Shown piece after piece: positions 32,601-39,543 of a DNA stretch of 64,000 nt. This stretch comes from Planctomycetota bacterium. Lineage in GTDB: Bacteria; Planctomycetota; Planctomycetia; Pirellulales; UBA1268. The position numbers and the translations under genes were made by a program. Each line of letters begins with the position of its first letter. The stretch's first letter is position 1. The stretch is from contig JAGWWA010000001.1 of assembly GCA_018970605.1 (NCBI GenBank), positions 57,742 through 121,741 on the forward strand, given 5' to 3'. The notes under the pieces are model-generated. The model saw only the letters and a program-made list of their open reading frames with translations, did no database searches and was not told where the DNA came from.

Positions 32601-35438
32601 GAGCGATCCGCCGACGCTCACGAGCGGCTGTGAGTAACCGACGCTGCGGCCCGCGGTGTCGATCCGAAAATCCTGGCCGGCGGCCTGCGAGAATCGCGGC
32701 GAGTAGTCGGTCGCATTCGCGGCGGAATGTTGGAGCCCGCCCCCCGAAAACACGATCGTACCGGCCGCGCCGAGAGCCTCCGCCGAACCGGCCTGCAGGA
32801 GCCCGCCAGCCAGCGTGAGCCCGCCGGTGAACGAGTTGGCGCCCGTCAGCGACACGGTGTCGCCGCCGACCTTCACGAGCGGCGCACCGGTCGCCAGATC
32901 GGCCGTCACCAGCAGGAAGCCGTCGCCGCCGCCGAGCCGGTATCCCCCTGCCCCGGGCGTCACGCCGCCGGTGAAGGACGCCATGCCGCTGCCACCGAGG
33001 GAGAGTCCGGGCAGGCCACGCAGATCGAGGGATGCGCCGAGCGTCCCCGAAATCGCGACCGCTCCCGTCGACGCAGGATCGATCCGCCCACCCGCGATCC
33101 AGTCCGCGACGGGAGCGCCGTCGAACGGCGCGAATACACCGCTCGACCCGATGAGCACCGTGCCGGTTGCGGGCAGCGCGGTCGACCCGGTGAACCTCAG
33201 GATGCCCTCCTCGATGATCATGCCGCCACCGAACGTGCTCGTGCCCCCGAGCGTCAGCACGCCCGACCCGGTCTTCACGAGGCCCCCGGTACCCGCGATG
33301 CCCCCCGTGGAGACCGTCGAGCGGCCGTTGCCGCCGACACGCAGCGTGTGTCCTGCGATGGAGAGGCCACGGCTTCCCGACAGGCCGCCGACCGAAAACG
33401 TCTGCGGGAAGGCCGCCACGAAACTGATGGAGCCTGCATCAGCCGCATTCAAGTCGAGCGTCGAGCCGGCGAGGCTCGAGGTGCCGGCGATCCGCAAGGT
33501 GCCGGCCACGACCCGCGTGTCGCCCGCGAAGGCATTGTCGCCGGCGAGCGTCCAGATCCCGCTGCCGGTCTTGATGAGTCCGCCGGAACCGACATACGCC
33601 TTGGCGAGCGTGCCGGATCCGGTGGTCGCCTGGAGCGTGAGATCGCCACCGAGCGACACGATCCGCCCGACGGAGTTCGACTCCAGGAACGACACGGTCA
33701 CACCGGGCTGCACTTCGAGGATCGCCCCGCCCGGTCCCACCGTGAAACCGCGGCTCGTCGAGCCGGAGCCTCCGAGGCGAAGCGCGCCGCCATCGAGGAT
33801 CACTCGATCGGCGGCCGGCGGCAGGTTGCCGAGCGACCCGGTGGGCTGGTCGGAAAAACTGCTCGCGAACAGCGTGCCCGACGAGACCGTGATCGCGGCC
33901 TCCGTCCCCACGACGCCCGTGTAGAGCCGGCCCGAGACGGCCAGCATGCCGCCCTCGACGCGGGTCGGCCCCGCATACGTGTTCGCCGTGGTCGAGAGCA
34001 CGAGAATCCCGCCGCCCGCCTTGGTGATCCCTGCGGCGGCGGTGCCGGCCACGAGCGGGCCGGCGAGCGTGGTCGTGCCCGTGCCGACGAGCGTGGTCTG
34101 GCCGGACACCGTCGCCGTGCCGGTCAGCCGCAGGTTGCCGACGGCATCGATCGCGCCGCCGTCGAACGCGAACGGATCGTCGAGCGTGAAGGTGCCCGCC
34201 GCCTGCTCGATCGCCAGCGTCCCGGCGGCGCCGAGTCGCATGCTCCCGGCCCCCGTCATGCTCGCCGATCCGGTGAGCCGCAGCGTGCCGCCGATCACCT
34301 CGATCGTGCCGTCGTTGGTGATCTGCGTGCCATCGAGCGAGAGTCGGTTGGTGCCCGTCTTCCGCAGGACGGCGTCCGGCTCGACCCGGACCCACGTGCT
34401 CGTGCCACTGAGCCCCCAGTTCATGCCCCCGGTGACACTGCTGGTATTGGCCAGGGCGCTGAGATACTTCACCGCGCCGGGAGCCGTGCCGGTCATCGTC
34501 AGCGTGCCGCCGGCCAGGTAGGCCACGTACTCGCCGAGGTTTTGGCCGCCGATGTTGGCCGTGCTGCCGCTGGCGACCGCGCCCACGTAGCGGTGGGCCA
34601 TCGGGGTGGGCGTGGGGGGCGAGCCCGAGTAGAGCGGCGCGTCACTGAACCAGTGGTACCAGGCGTACCCGGGCACGTAGCTCCGCGACTCGAGCCGCGG
34701 CAGCACGTTGTCGAGAAACAGCTTGTTGGCGTCGATGATCTGCTGGTCGGTGTAGGCGCCGCCCCAGTCGTGGATCGCGAACTCGGTCGGCATCACCGAC
34801 TTGCCGTAGGTGGTGCGGTAGTAATCGACGCTGCCGATGAACCAGTTGGCCGCCTCGGTGGGGTTGTTGGGATTCGAGTAGCCGTACCAATGAAACGCGA
34901 TCGCATCGACTCGAAGGTTGGGGTTGTACTTCGGGTTGGCCGCGTTGGTGCGGCGGTCCTCCAACTGGGTCATGAAGTCGGAGATCCAGGTTCGGCCCGC
35001 CGTGTTGTCGGAGACGGCAGGACTGGCCAGCTTCACGCTGGTGCCGGCGAAGGCGTTGCAGATCCGCGACCAGGCGTCGAGCGCGGTGGTGACGCTCATG
35101 TTCGCCTGGTCGGTCCGCTCCGGCTCGTTGAAGCCCAGCACCCACTCCACGCCGGCCCTGTTCTTGACCGTGTTGATCGTCGCATCGCTCGGCGAGTTCC
35201 AGAACATCGGGTAATGCTTGGCGCCGAAACTGCCCGGCTGAGCGGTGCCCGTTCCCCAGGTGTAGTACCAGCCGGCGCCCACGGCCTGGAGGTTCGCGTA
35301 GTTCGCCCCGACATCGCCGAACCCACGCTTGGAGTTGATGATCTGGGCGGACGAAGCTTCGGCGAGGCAGATGCCGACCGCGATGGCGATCAGTCCACGC
35401 GTGAGACCGGCACGGCGGCGAAGAGACGGGGCTGCCAT
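29622..35438 (-). CDS. giant surface protein: signal peptide, GH128-like 'glycosyl hydrolase catalytic core', PATR repeats, dockerin-like repeats, PEP-CTERM anchor (1938 aa)
   Basis: The N-terminal ~300 aa (KRGFGDVGANYANLQAVGAGWYYTWG ... VEWVLGFNEPERTDQANMS ... VDAIAFHWYG ... VMPTEFAIHDWGG) resemble the Glyco_hydro_cc family. C-terminus GDSNIDGLVDVLDAANF ... VVPEPTSLAWLACVAAAVAGCRISRRS. Confidence 0.85.
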   Translation of the reverse strand: MAAPSLRRRAGLTRGLIAIAVGICLAEASSAQIINSKRGFGDVGANYANLQAVGAGWYYTWGTGTAQPGSFGAKHYPMFWNSPSDATINTVKNRAGVEWVLGFNEPERTDQANMSVTTALDAWSRICNAFAGTSVKLASPAVSDNTAGRTWISDFMTQLEDRRTNAANPKYNPNLRVDAIAFHWYGYSNPNNPTEAANWFIGSVDYYRTTYGKSVMPTEFAIHDWGGAYTDQQIIDANKLFLDNVLPRLESRSYVPGYAWYHWFSDAPLYSGSPPTPTPMAHRYVGAVASGSTANIGGQNLGEYVAYLAGGTLTMTGTAPGAVKYLSALANTSSVTGGMNWGLSGTSTWVRVEPDAVLRKTGTNRLSLDGTQITNDGTIEVIGGTLRLTGSASMTGAGSMRLGAAGTLAIEQAAGTFTLDDPFAFDGGAIDAVGNLRLTGTATVSGQTTLVGTGTTTLAGPLVAGTAAAGITKAGGGILVLSTTANTYAGPTRVEGGMLAVSGRLYTGVVGTEAAITVSSGTLFASSFSDQPTGSLGNLPPAADRVILDGGALRLGGSGSTSRGFTVGPGGAILEVQPGVTVSFLESNSVGRIVSLGGDLTLQATTGSGTLAKAYVGSGGLIKTGSGIWTLAGDNAFAGDTRVVAGTLRIAGTSSLAGSTLDLNAADAGSISFVAAFPQTFSVGGLSGSRGLSIAGHTLRVGGNGRSTVSTGGIAGTGGLVKTGSGVLTLGGTSTFGGGMIIEEGILRFTGSTALPATGTVLIGSSGVFAPFDGAPVADWIAGGRIDPASTGAVAISGTLGASLDLRGLPGLSLGGSGMASFTGGVTPGAGGYRLGGGDGFLLVTADLATGAPLVKVGGDTVSLTGANSFTGGLTLAGGLLQAGSAEALGAAGTIVFSGGGLQHSAANATDYSPRFSQAAGQDFRIDTAGRSVGYSQPLVSVGGSLTKLGSGTLALAAVNDLDGTVRIAAGTLAISGTAALAAATLDLDAADAGTIVFGGTAPATFSLAGLTGVRNLALGGQSLRIGGTGRSTSYGGVISGSGGLVKEGGGMLTLAGNNAFTGTTTVAAGALRIGAGGTTGGLTGPIANQASVIFDRAGTATYANTISGTGGIVKVGDGTLTLSGTSTFSGGMRVEAGMLQVAGGVNPAARLTLAGGTFGLAKAGGSQAVAGVTITAGDSAVSNTIATGTLGLSALTRENGGVVRFVTRTGPITTSATATNGILAAWAFTGSGTGTRYATVAAGTIAAFTTGTVLSGTSAFGGIPSGDTGTVNYDVTSSGTFAAMGLTRVVNTINYGGGGGVQPAANTVTLTVNGILTTGAGPLTIGGSPRMDLVAGATRELVVNTATADVILHNGVFNNAAGASGLTKAGTATLVINGSSGYTGRTTVADGTLRFGSGGSGLVIPSSEFVIRGTLAFDHADAVTLAGGLSGDGVLRKDGGGTLSLTGSGGFSGDITVADGTLAVSGAGSLGPGGTFAGELSLAAGALFLHQGSATQTLAGAVSGAGGLAVTGGRLVLAAANTFTSDVTVGNGGAIVLAHSGALGGLPVGGGLVLGSSTASTIELATDGSGPQPSLRGSNGFGTTLVVGRPAGTTGVGLRHALASGISLSGGTVEVQASTSVTSGTAELVMPSLALTAGASGAVTRLMPTTAMVTLGGAAAAINAVPKTLELAGSSTGNMVAGAIADGVSAVSLVKSGSGTWTLAAANAFTGPTTVKEGTLRLAHSAALATTGSVAITGGRVALPADRPLAVTLKSLAIDEAAGRLDVGRGRVTIASGMTLSMLRADLTAGRDDGAWDGPGGIVSSAVAADLAAGVPRTVGWLDNGDGSFTISFAAAGDSNIDGLVDVLDAANFLAGARFDTGLDADWSQGDFTADGLVDILDAADFVSTALFDTGDYVPGPAGMAQAPLAVVPEPTSLAWLACVAAAVAGCRISRRS

Positions 35439-35445
35439 GCCGCAC

Positions 35446-36105
35446 CTAGCTCGGCTCGCGGCGCGAGGCTCCGGCCTTGAGCAGTCCGAGATCGAACGCC
35501 CGCGCCACCGCCTGCGTGCGATCACCGACACCGAGCTTCTCGATCACCCCGGCGACGTGGGCCTTGGCGGTGTGCGTGGAGATGCCGAGCAGTTTGGCGA
35601 TCTCGTTGTTGGTAAAGCCCTCGCGGAGCAATCCCACCACCTCGAGTTCGCGGGGCGTGAGCAGGGCCGCCGGTCCACTCGCCGTCGCCGCGGGCCGGGT
35701 CTTCACCACACCCCTCACCGGCCGCCCCCCCCTGTGAACCTCCCGGATCGCCTCGAAGAGTTCGCGGTGCCCGACGTGCTTGGTGACGTACCCGCTGGCG
35801 CCGGCATCCAGCGACCGCTGGGCATCCTCCTGCGACTCCGCCGAGGTGAGCATGAGCACGCTCGCCGCCGGCGACGCGCGGCGGATGCGGTGGAGGGTGG
35901 CGATCCCGTCGATTCCGTGCATGGCGAGATCCAGGAGCGTGACGTCGGGCTGGTGCTGCTGCCAGAGGCTATACGCGGCCTCCCCGTCGTCGGCCTGCGC
36001 CACCACCGAAAAATCCGGCTCCGAGCCCAGGAGATTGGCCAGTCCGGCCCGCATGACGGGGTGGTCATCCACGAGAAGCAAGCGAATTTTGCGAAGCGGG
36101 GTCAT
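35446..36105 (-). CDS. response regulator, NarL/FixJ (LuxR-type HTH) family
   Basis: IRLLLVDDHPVMRAGL, the phospho-acceptor context VTLLDLAMHGIDG, LTPRELEVVGLLREGFTNNEIAKLLGISTHTAKAHV. It ends 7 nt before the start of the giant gene at 35438. Confidence 0.9.
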   Translation of the reverse strand: MTPLRKIRLLLVDDHPVMRAGLANLLGSEPDFSVVAQADDGEAAYSLWQQHQPDVTLLDLAMHGIDGIATLHRIRRASPAASVLMLTSAESQEDAQRSLDAGASGYVTKHVGHRELFEAIREVHRGGRPVRGVVKTRPAATASGPAALLTPRELEVVGLLREGFTNNEIAKLLGISTHTAKAHVAGVIEKLGVGDRTQAVARAFDLGLLKAGASRREPS

Positions 36106-36148
36106 CGCACGTCCCTGGGCGGGGCATCCCCCTTCGGTCACCTTATAT

Positions 36149-36188
36149 CAGGCCCATGACGACAGCCACTTAGCCGGATGGCTAATAC
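36149..36188 (+). promoter_or_regulatory. conserved upstream block containing the 16-bp palindrome TTAGCC-N4-GGCTAA (36170-36185)
   Basis: caggcccatgacgacagccacTTAGCCggatGGCTAAtac. There are 109 nt from the palindrome to the ATG at 36295. It lies in the divergent region shared with the response-regulator operon. Confidence 0.5.
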
Positions 36189-36294
36189 CGCCGACCGGAC
36201 CGGGAATCTATACCTGCTTTGCGGTTCAATGAGTCGGGGGTGGTTCGCCCGAGCGTGGGCTGCATCGTTTCCGGGGATCATGTTTCCGGGGGTC

Positions 36295-37827
36295 ATGAGG
36301 TCTGCCATGCCTGTCACTCACGCCATCGGCCTGCGACCGGTTCTCGTGCTTGCAGCGGTCGCGATCGTCTCCTTGGTCGCCCGCGGCGCCGTGGCGGTTG
36401 ACTACTACTGGACAGCCGACGGCACGAACCTCGGTGGCTCTGGAACCTGGAACACCACGAGCAGCCTGTGGCGTTCCGGCTCGTCGACGGGCACGCTGAC
36501 CACGTTCGTGAGCGCGACCACGAGCCAGGCATTCCTGCAGGGCACGAGCGGCACGCTCACGACGAACGGCACGCCGCAGTTCAATCGGATCACCGTGAAC
36601 TCAGGGAGCTTCACCGTGTCGGGCCTCGTGGCCTGGGCGACCGACGGCACGATCTCGCCCTCGCGGGCTATCGTCGTGAACCCCTCCACGGCGCTGACGA
36701 TCACCAGCACGAACGGCGGCGGCGTGGGGCTCTCCGTGCTCGGCGGCGGCACGCTCACCTTCACGCAGAGCAATCGCAACTACGGCGGCACGATCACCGT
36801 GTCGACCGCGGGCACCAGGCTGATCTTCTCGGCCGTCAATGGGCTCGACAACGGCACGAACAGCACGCCACTCACGATGCAGGCCGGGACGACGCTGCAG
36901 CTCAACCAGACGAACAACTATCGGACGGCGATGTCGCTGAGTTCTGCTGCGGTGGAAGTCAATGCGGGCAGCGCACTCGTCTTCCAAAACAGCTCGTCCG
37001 TTACCGTGACGGGCACGTCGGCATCGGTGATCAAGACCGGCACCAACGCTGCAGGCACGATCCAGTTCAACAGTACCAGAACGTTCACGGTCGGCTCGAC
37101 CGGCGATCCGTCGGGCATCGATTTCGACATCCAGTGCCGGGCCACCGGCGGTTCTGGGCTCGTGAAGGCCGGTCCTGGCACGATGCGGCTCTCGGGCACG
37201 ACTTCGACGTATACGGGGACCACCAGCGTCTCTGCCGGGAAGCTGATCATCGATGGCAACAACCTGGCGGCCACGGGAACTGTTTCAGTGGCGGCGGGGG
37301 CATGGCTGGCCGGTACCGGAACCACGGGCGGTCCGCTTTCCATCAGCGGCAGCCTGAGCCCCGGCAATGGCATCGGCACGCTCACGGGCGGTTCGTCGGC
37401 GTCCTTCGCGAATGGGTCTCTCTTCGATTATCAGATGCTCACCTCCACGCCGTCGGCCGATCTGCTGAAACTGGCCGGCGACCTGACGCTGACCGGGTCG
37501 GTGGCGCTCTCGCTCTCGGACCTGGGGACGTCGTCCACCCTGCCAGCCGACACCGTGCTCTCGCTCGTGAACTACGGCGGCGCACTGAGCGGACTGTTTT
37601 CCTACGGCGGCGTGACGCTCAACGACAACGACCAGTTCACGCTCGGCAGCAACACCTGGCGGATCGCCTACGCCTCCGCGCAGCAGGGCGTGAACGTCGC
37701 CTCGCCGCTGCCGTCGGGACAGTTCGTCAACCTGATCGTGGTGCCCGAGCCTGGATGCCTGACGGCGATCGCCTCCGGATTCATGCTCGCTGGAATATGC
37801 CTGGCACGCCGCCGCTCGCAGGACTGA
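36295..37827 (+). CDS. PATR-repeat surface protein with PEP-CTERM anchor, a short paralogue of the 22833-28145 protein
   Basis: MRSAMPVTHAIGLRPVLVLAAVAIVSLVARGAVAVDYYWTADGTNLGGSGTWNTTSS. The first ~330 aa align closely with giant protein 1. C-terminus VVPEPGCLTAIASGFMLAGICLARRRSQD. The start at 36295 was chosen because 36178 lies inside the palindrome and 36295 reproduces the 109-nt spacing. Confidence 0.8.
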   Translation: MRSAMPVTHAIGLRPVLVLAAVAIVSLVARGAVAVDYYWTADGTNLGGSGTWNTTSSLWRSGSSTGTLTTFVSATTSQAFLQGTSGTLTTNGTPQFNRITVNSGSFTVSGLVAWATDGTISPSRAIVVNPSTALTITSTNGGGVGLSVLGGGTLTFTQSNRNYGGTITVSTAGTRLIFSAVNGLDNGTNSTPLTMQAGTTLQLNQTNNYRTAMSLSSAAVEVNAGSALVFQNSSSVTVTGTSASVIKTGTNAAGTIQFNSTRTFTVGSTGDPSGIDFDIQCRATGGSGLVKAGPGTMRLSGTTSTYTGTTSVSAGKLIIDGNNLAATGTVSVAAGAWLAGTGTTGGPLSISGSLSPGNGIGTLTGGSSASFANGSLFDYQMLTSTPSADLLKLAGDLTLTGSVALSLSDLGTSSTLPADTVLSLVNYGGALSGLFSYGGVTLNDNDQFTLGSNTWRIAYASAQQGVNVASPLPSGQFVNLIVVPEPGCLTAIASGFMLAGICLARRRSQD

Positions 37828-37937
37828 AACACATCGAGCCCCACGCCTCGCCAGCCCCGTCGGGGTTGGTGGACGGGCCAGTGCCGTTTCGGGCGTGGCA
37901 GCCGTCACGCTATACTCGCCGCGGGAGGGCGGAGATC

Positions 37938-39035
37938 ATGACACTACAGCGACATCGATCCGTGGCTCACGCATCGGGATTTACGCTGGTCGAGCTCCTG
38001 GTCGTGATTGCGATCATCGCCACGCTGATCGGCCTCCTGCTGCCAGCGGTGCAAACAGCACGTGAAGCTGCTCGGCGGACTGCCTGCTCCAACAACCTCA
38101 AGCAGGTGGGGCTCTCACTCCACACCTACCAGAACGCGAAGAAGTGGCTGCCACGATCGTTCGGCAACCGCAACATGCAGAACTCCGCCTTCACGGCCAA
38201 CAACGGCAAGGCGGGCTGGCAACAGGGCACGCCCGACACGTGGGCGGCAGAAGTTTTTCCGTTTGCCGAACAGGCGGCGCTGTTCGACCAGTTCGATTTC
38301 ACGAAGCGGGTTGGCGACACGTCGCGGAGCCTGGCACGGCCGGTGTCCAATGCAACGCTCGTCAAGCAGGTCATTTCGATGTATGTCTGCCCGAGCGACA
38401 CGGCCGCAGGCACCCCGGTGTTCAAGAACCGTTGCAACTACAACAACTTCCGGCTGACCCAGGAGCAACACGGACTCTGGTACGCCCCGTCATTCGGGCC
38501 CACCGTGCTCATCGACCGTCCCAGTTGCACGTACTGCCCGTCGAACTCCGCGTGGGGCACGTCGCCGACCCCCGGCCCCGGCAACCCCTGCTGCAACCTC
38601 ATGGGACCGGCCAGTCACCAGGGGTTCGGCGGGATCGCCATCGGCATGTTTTCGCAGGAGCCGATTCGGGTGACGTTCAAGGACGTCCCCGACGGCCTTT
38701 CAAAGACGATCATGGTCGGCGAGACGCTCCCCGGCGACACCGTGCACAACGGTGTGTACATGAACGGGATGACGGTGCTGACCAACATTCCGCTGAACAC
38801 GTTCGCCCTGCCGAACGAACTCGTTCCCGATGGCCAGCATGATGCTCCCGGCATCGGCTCCGCGAGCGACTATCGGCTCAACGGGATCAAGAGCAAGCAC
38901 TCGGGCGGCGCGATGGTGGCCATGGGAGACGCGTCGGTGCGTTTCCTGCAGGACTCGATCGACGACACCATGCTCTGGGCCATGGGCACGCGAGCCCTGG
39001 CCGCGAGAGACGTGGCCACCGTGAGCGAGAAATGA
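37938..39035 (+). CDS. DUF1559 domain protein with a prepilin-type N-terminal cleavage/methylation motif
   Basis: GFTLVELLVVIAIIATLIGLLLPAVQTAREAARRTACSNNLKQVGLSLHTYQ is the hallmark planctomycete DUF1559 N-terminus, and a GGAMVAMGDASVRFL C-terminal motif is present. GGAGGGCGGAG lies upstream of the ATG. Confidence 0.9.
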   Translation: MTLQRHRSVAHASGFTLVELLVVIAIIATLIGLLLPAVQTAREAARRTACSNNLKQVGLSLHTYQNAKKWLPRSFGNRNMQNSAFTANNGKAGWQQGTPDTWAAEVFPFAEQAALFDQFDFTKRVGDTSRSLARPVSNATLVKQVISMYVCPSDTAAGTPVFKNRCNYNNFRLTQEQHGLWYAPSFGPTVLIDRPSCTYCPSNSAWGTSPTPGPGNPCCNLMGPASHQGFGGIAIGMFSQEPIRVTFKDVPDGLSKTIMVGETLPGDTVHNGVYMNGMTVLTNIPLNTFALPNELVPDGQHDAPGIGSASDYRLNGIKSKHSGGAMVAMGDASVRFLQDSIDDTMLWAMGTRALAARDVATVSEK

Positions 39036-39487
39036 GCCGTAGGCACCTCCTCCCGTTACGGATTCGGTCACTGGCGTCGGTGACGGTCGTGCTCGGGGTG
39101 GCGTTTGCTCCCGGATGCGACGGATCCCGGGGTGTCGTCCCCGTGGAAGGGACCATCCGATTCGGTGGCCAACCGCCTCCCGCTTCGGGTTACGTCTTCT
39201 TCGTGCCGGCCGATGGCGCGACGGGCGACCCCGCAGACCCGGCTCGGCCGCGTTCGGGATCGGCGCTGTTCATGCAGGATGGCGCGTTCAAGGTCACGAC
39301 CTTCAAACCCTACGACGGCCTGCGGCCCGGCCGCTACGAGGCCCGCGTCGAATGCTCCGTGCCTGGTGGCGCCGGGCAGGGCGAGGGGGCTGGACGGTCG
39401 GCCGTCCCGGCCGGCTTTGCCGGTCCGGTGATCGACGTACCCGCCGGCGGACCACGACCGTTTCGGGTGGAGATCGATGTCCGCTGA
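39032..39487 (+). CDS. putative lipoprotein, the usual small partner of DUF1559 genes
   Basis: The ATGA overlap with the DUF1559 stop suggests coupling. Lipobox-like VLGVAFAPGC. Beta-rich: EGTIRFGGQPP ... YEARVEC. Confidence 0.6.
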   Translation: MSRRHLLPLRIRSLASVTVVLGVAFAPGCDGSRGVVPVEGTIRFGGQPPPASGYVFFVPADGATGDPADPARPRSGSALFMQDGAFKVTTFKPYDGLRPGRYEARVECSVPGGAGQGEGAGRSAVPAGFAGPVIDVPAGGPRPFRVEIDVR

Positions 39488-39543
39488 TCGGGCCGCGACA
39501 GCGCTCGACGGCTCCCGTGACGGTCACCGGGGTTCGTAGGGCC

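Noticed and set aside
36178-36294. The ORF-track start at 36178 for the short PATR protein.
   Set aside because: That ATG lies inside the TTAGCC-N4-GGCTAA palindrome. The ATG at 36295 gives a proper signal peptide and reproduces the 109-nt spacing seen for the paralogue.
36468-39035. An 855-aa ORF that would fuse an alternative frame of the PATR gene to the DUF1559 protein.
   Set aside because: The N-terminal 490 aa are an out-of-frame read of 36295-37827. The DUF1559 hallmark N-terminus begins at the ATG at 37938, which has its own SD.
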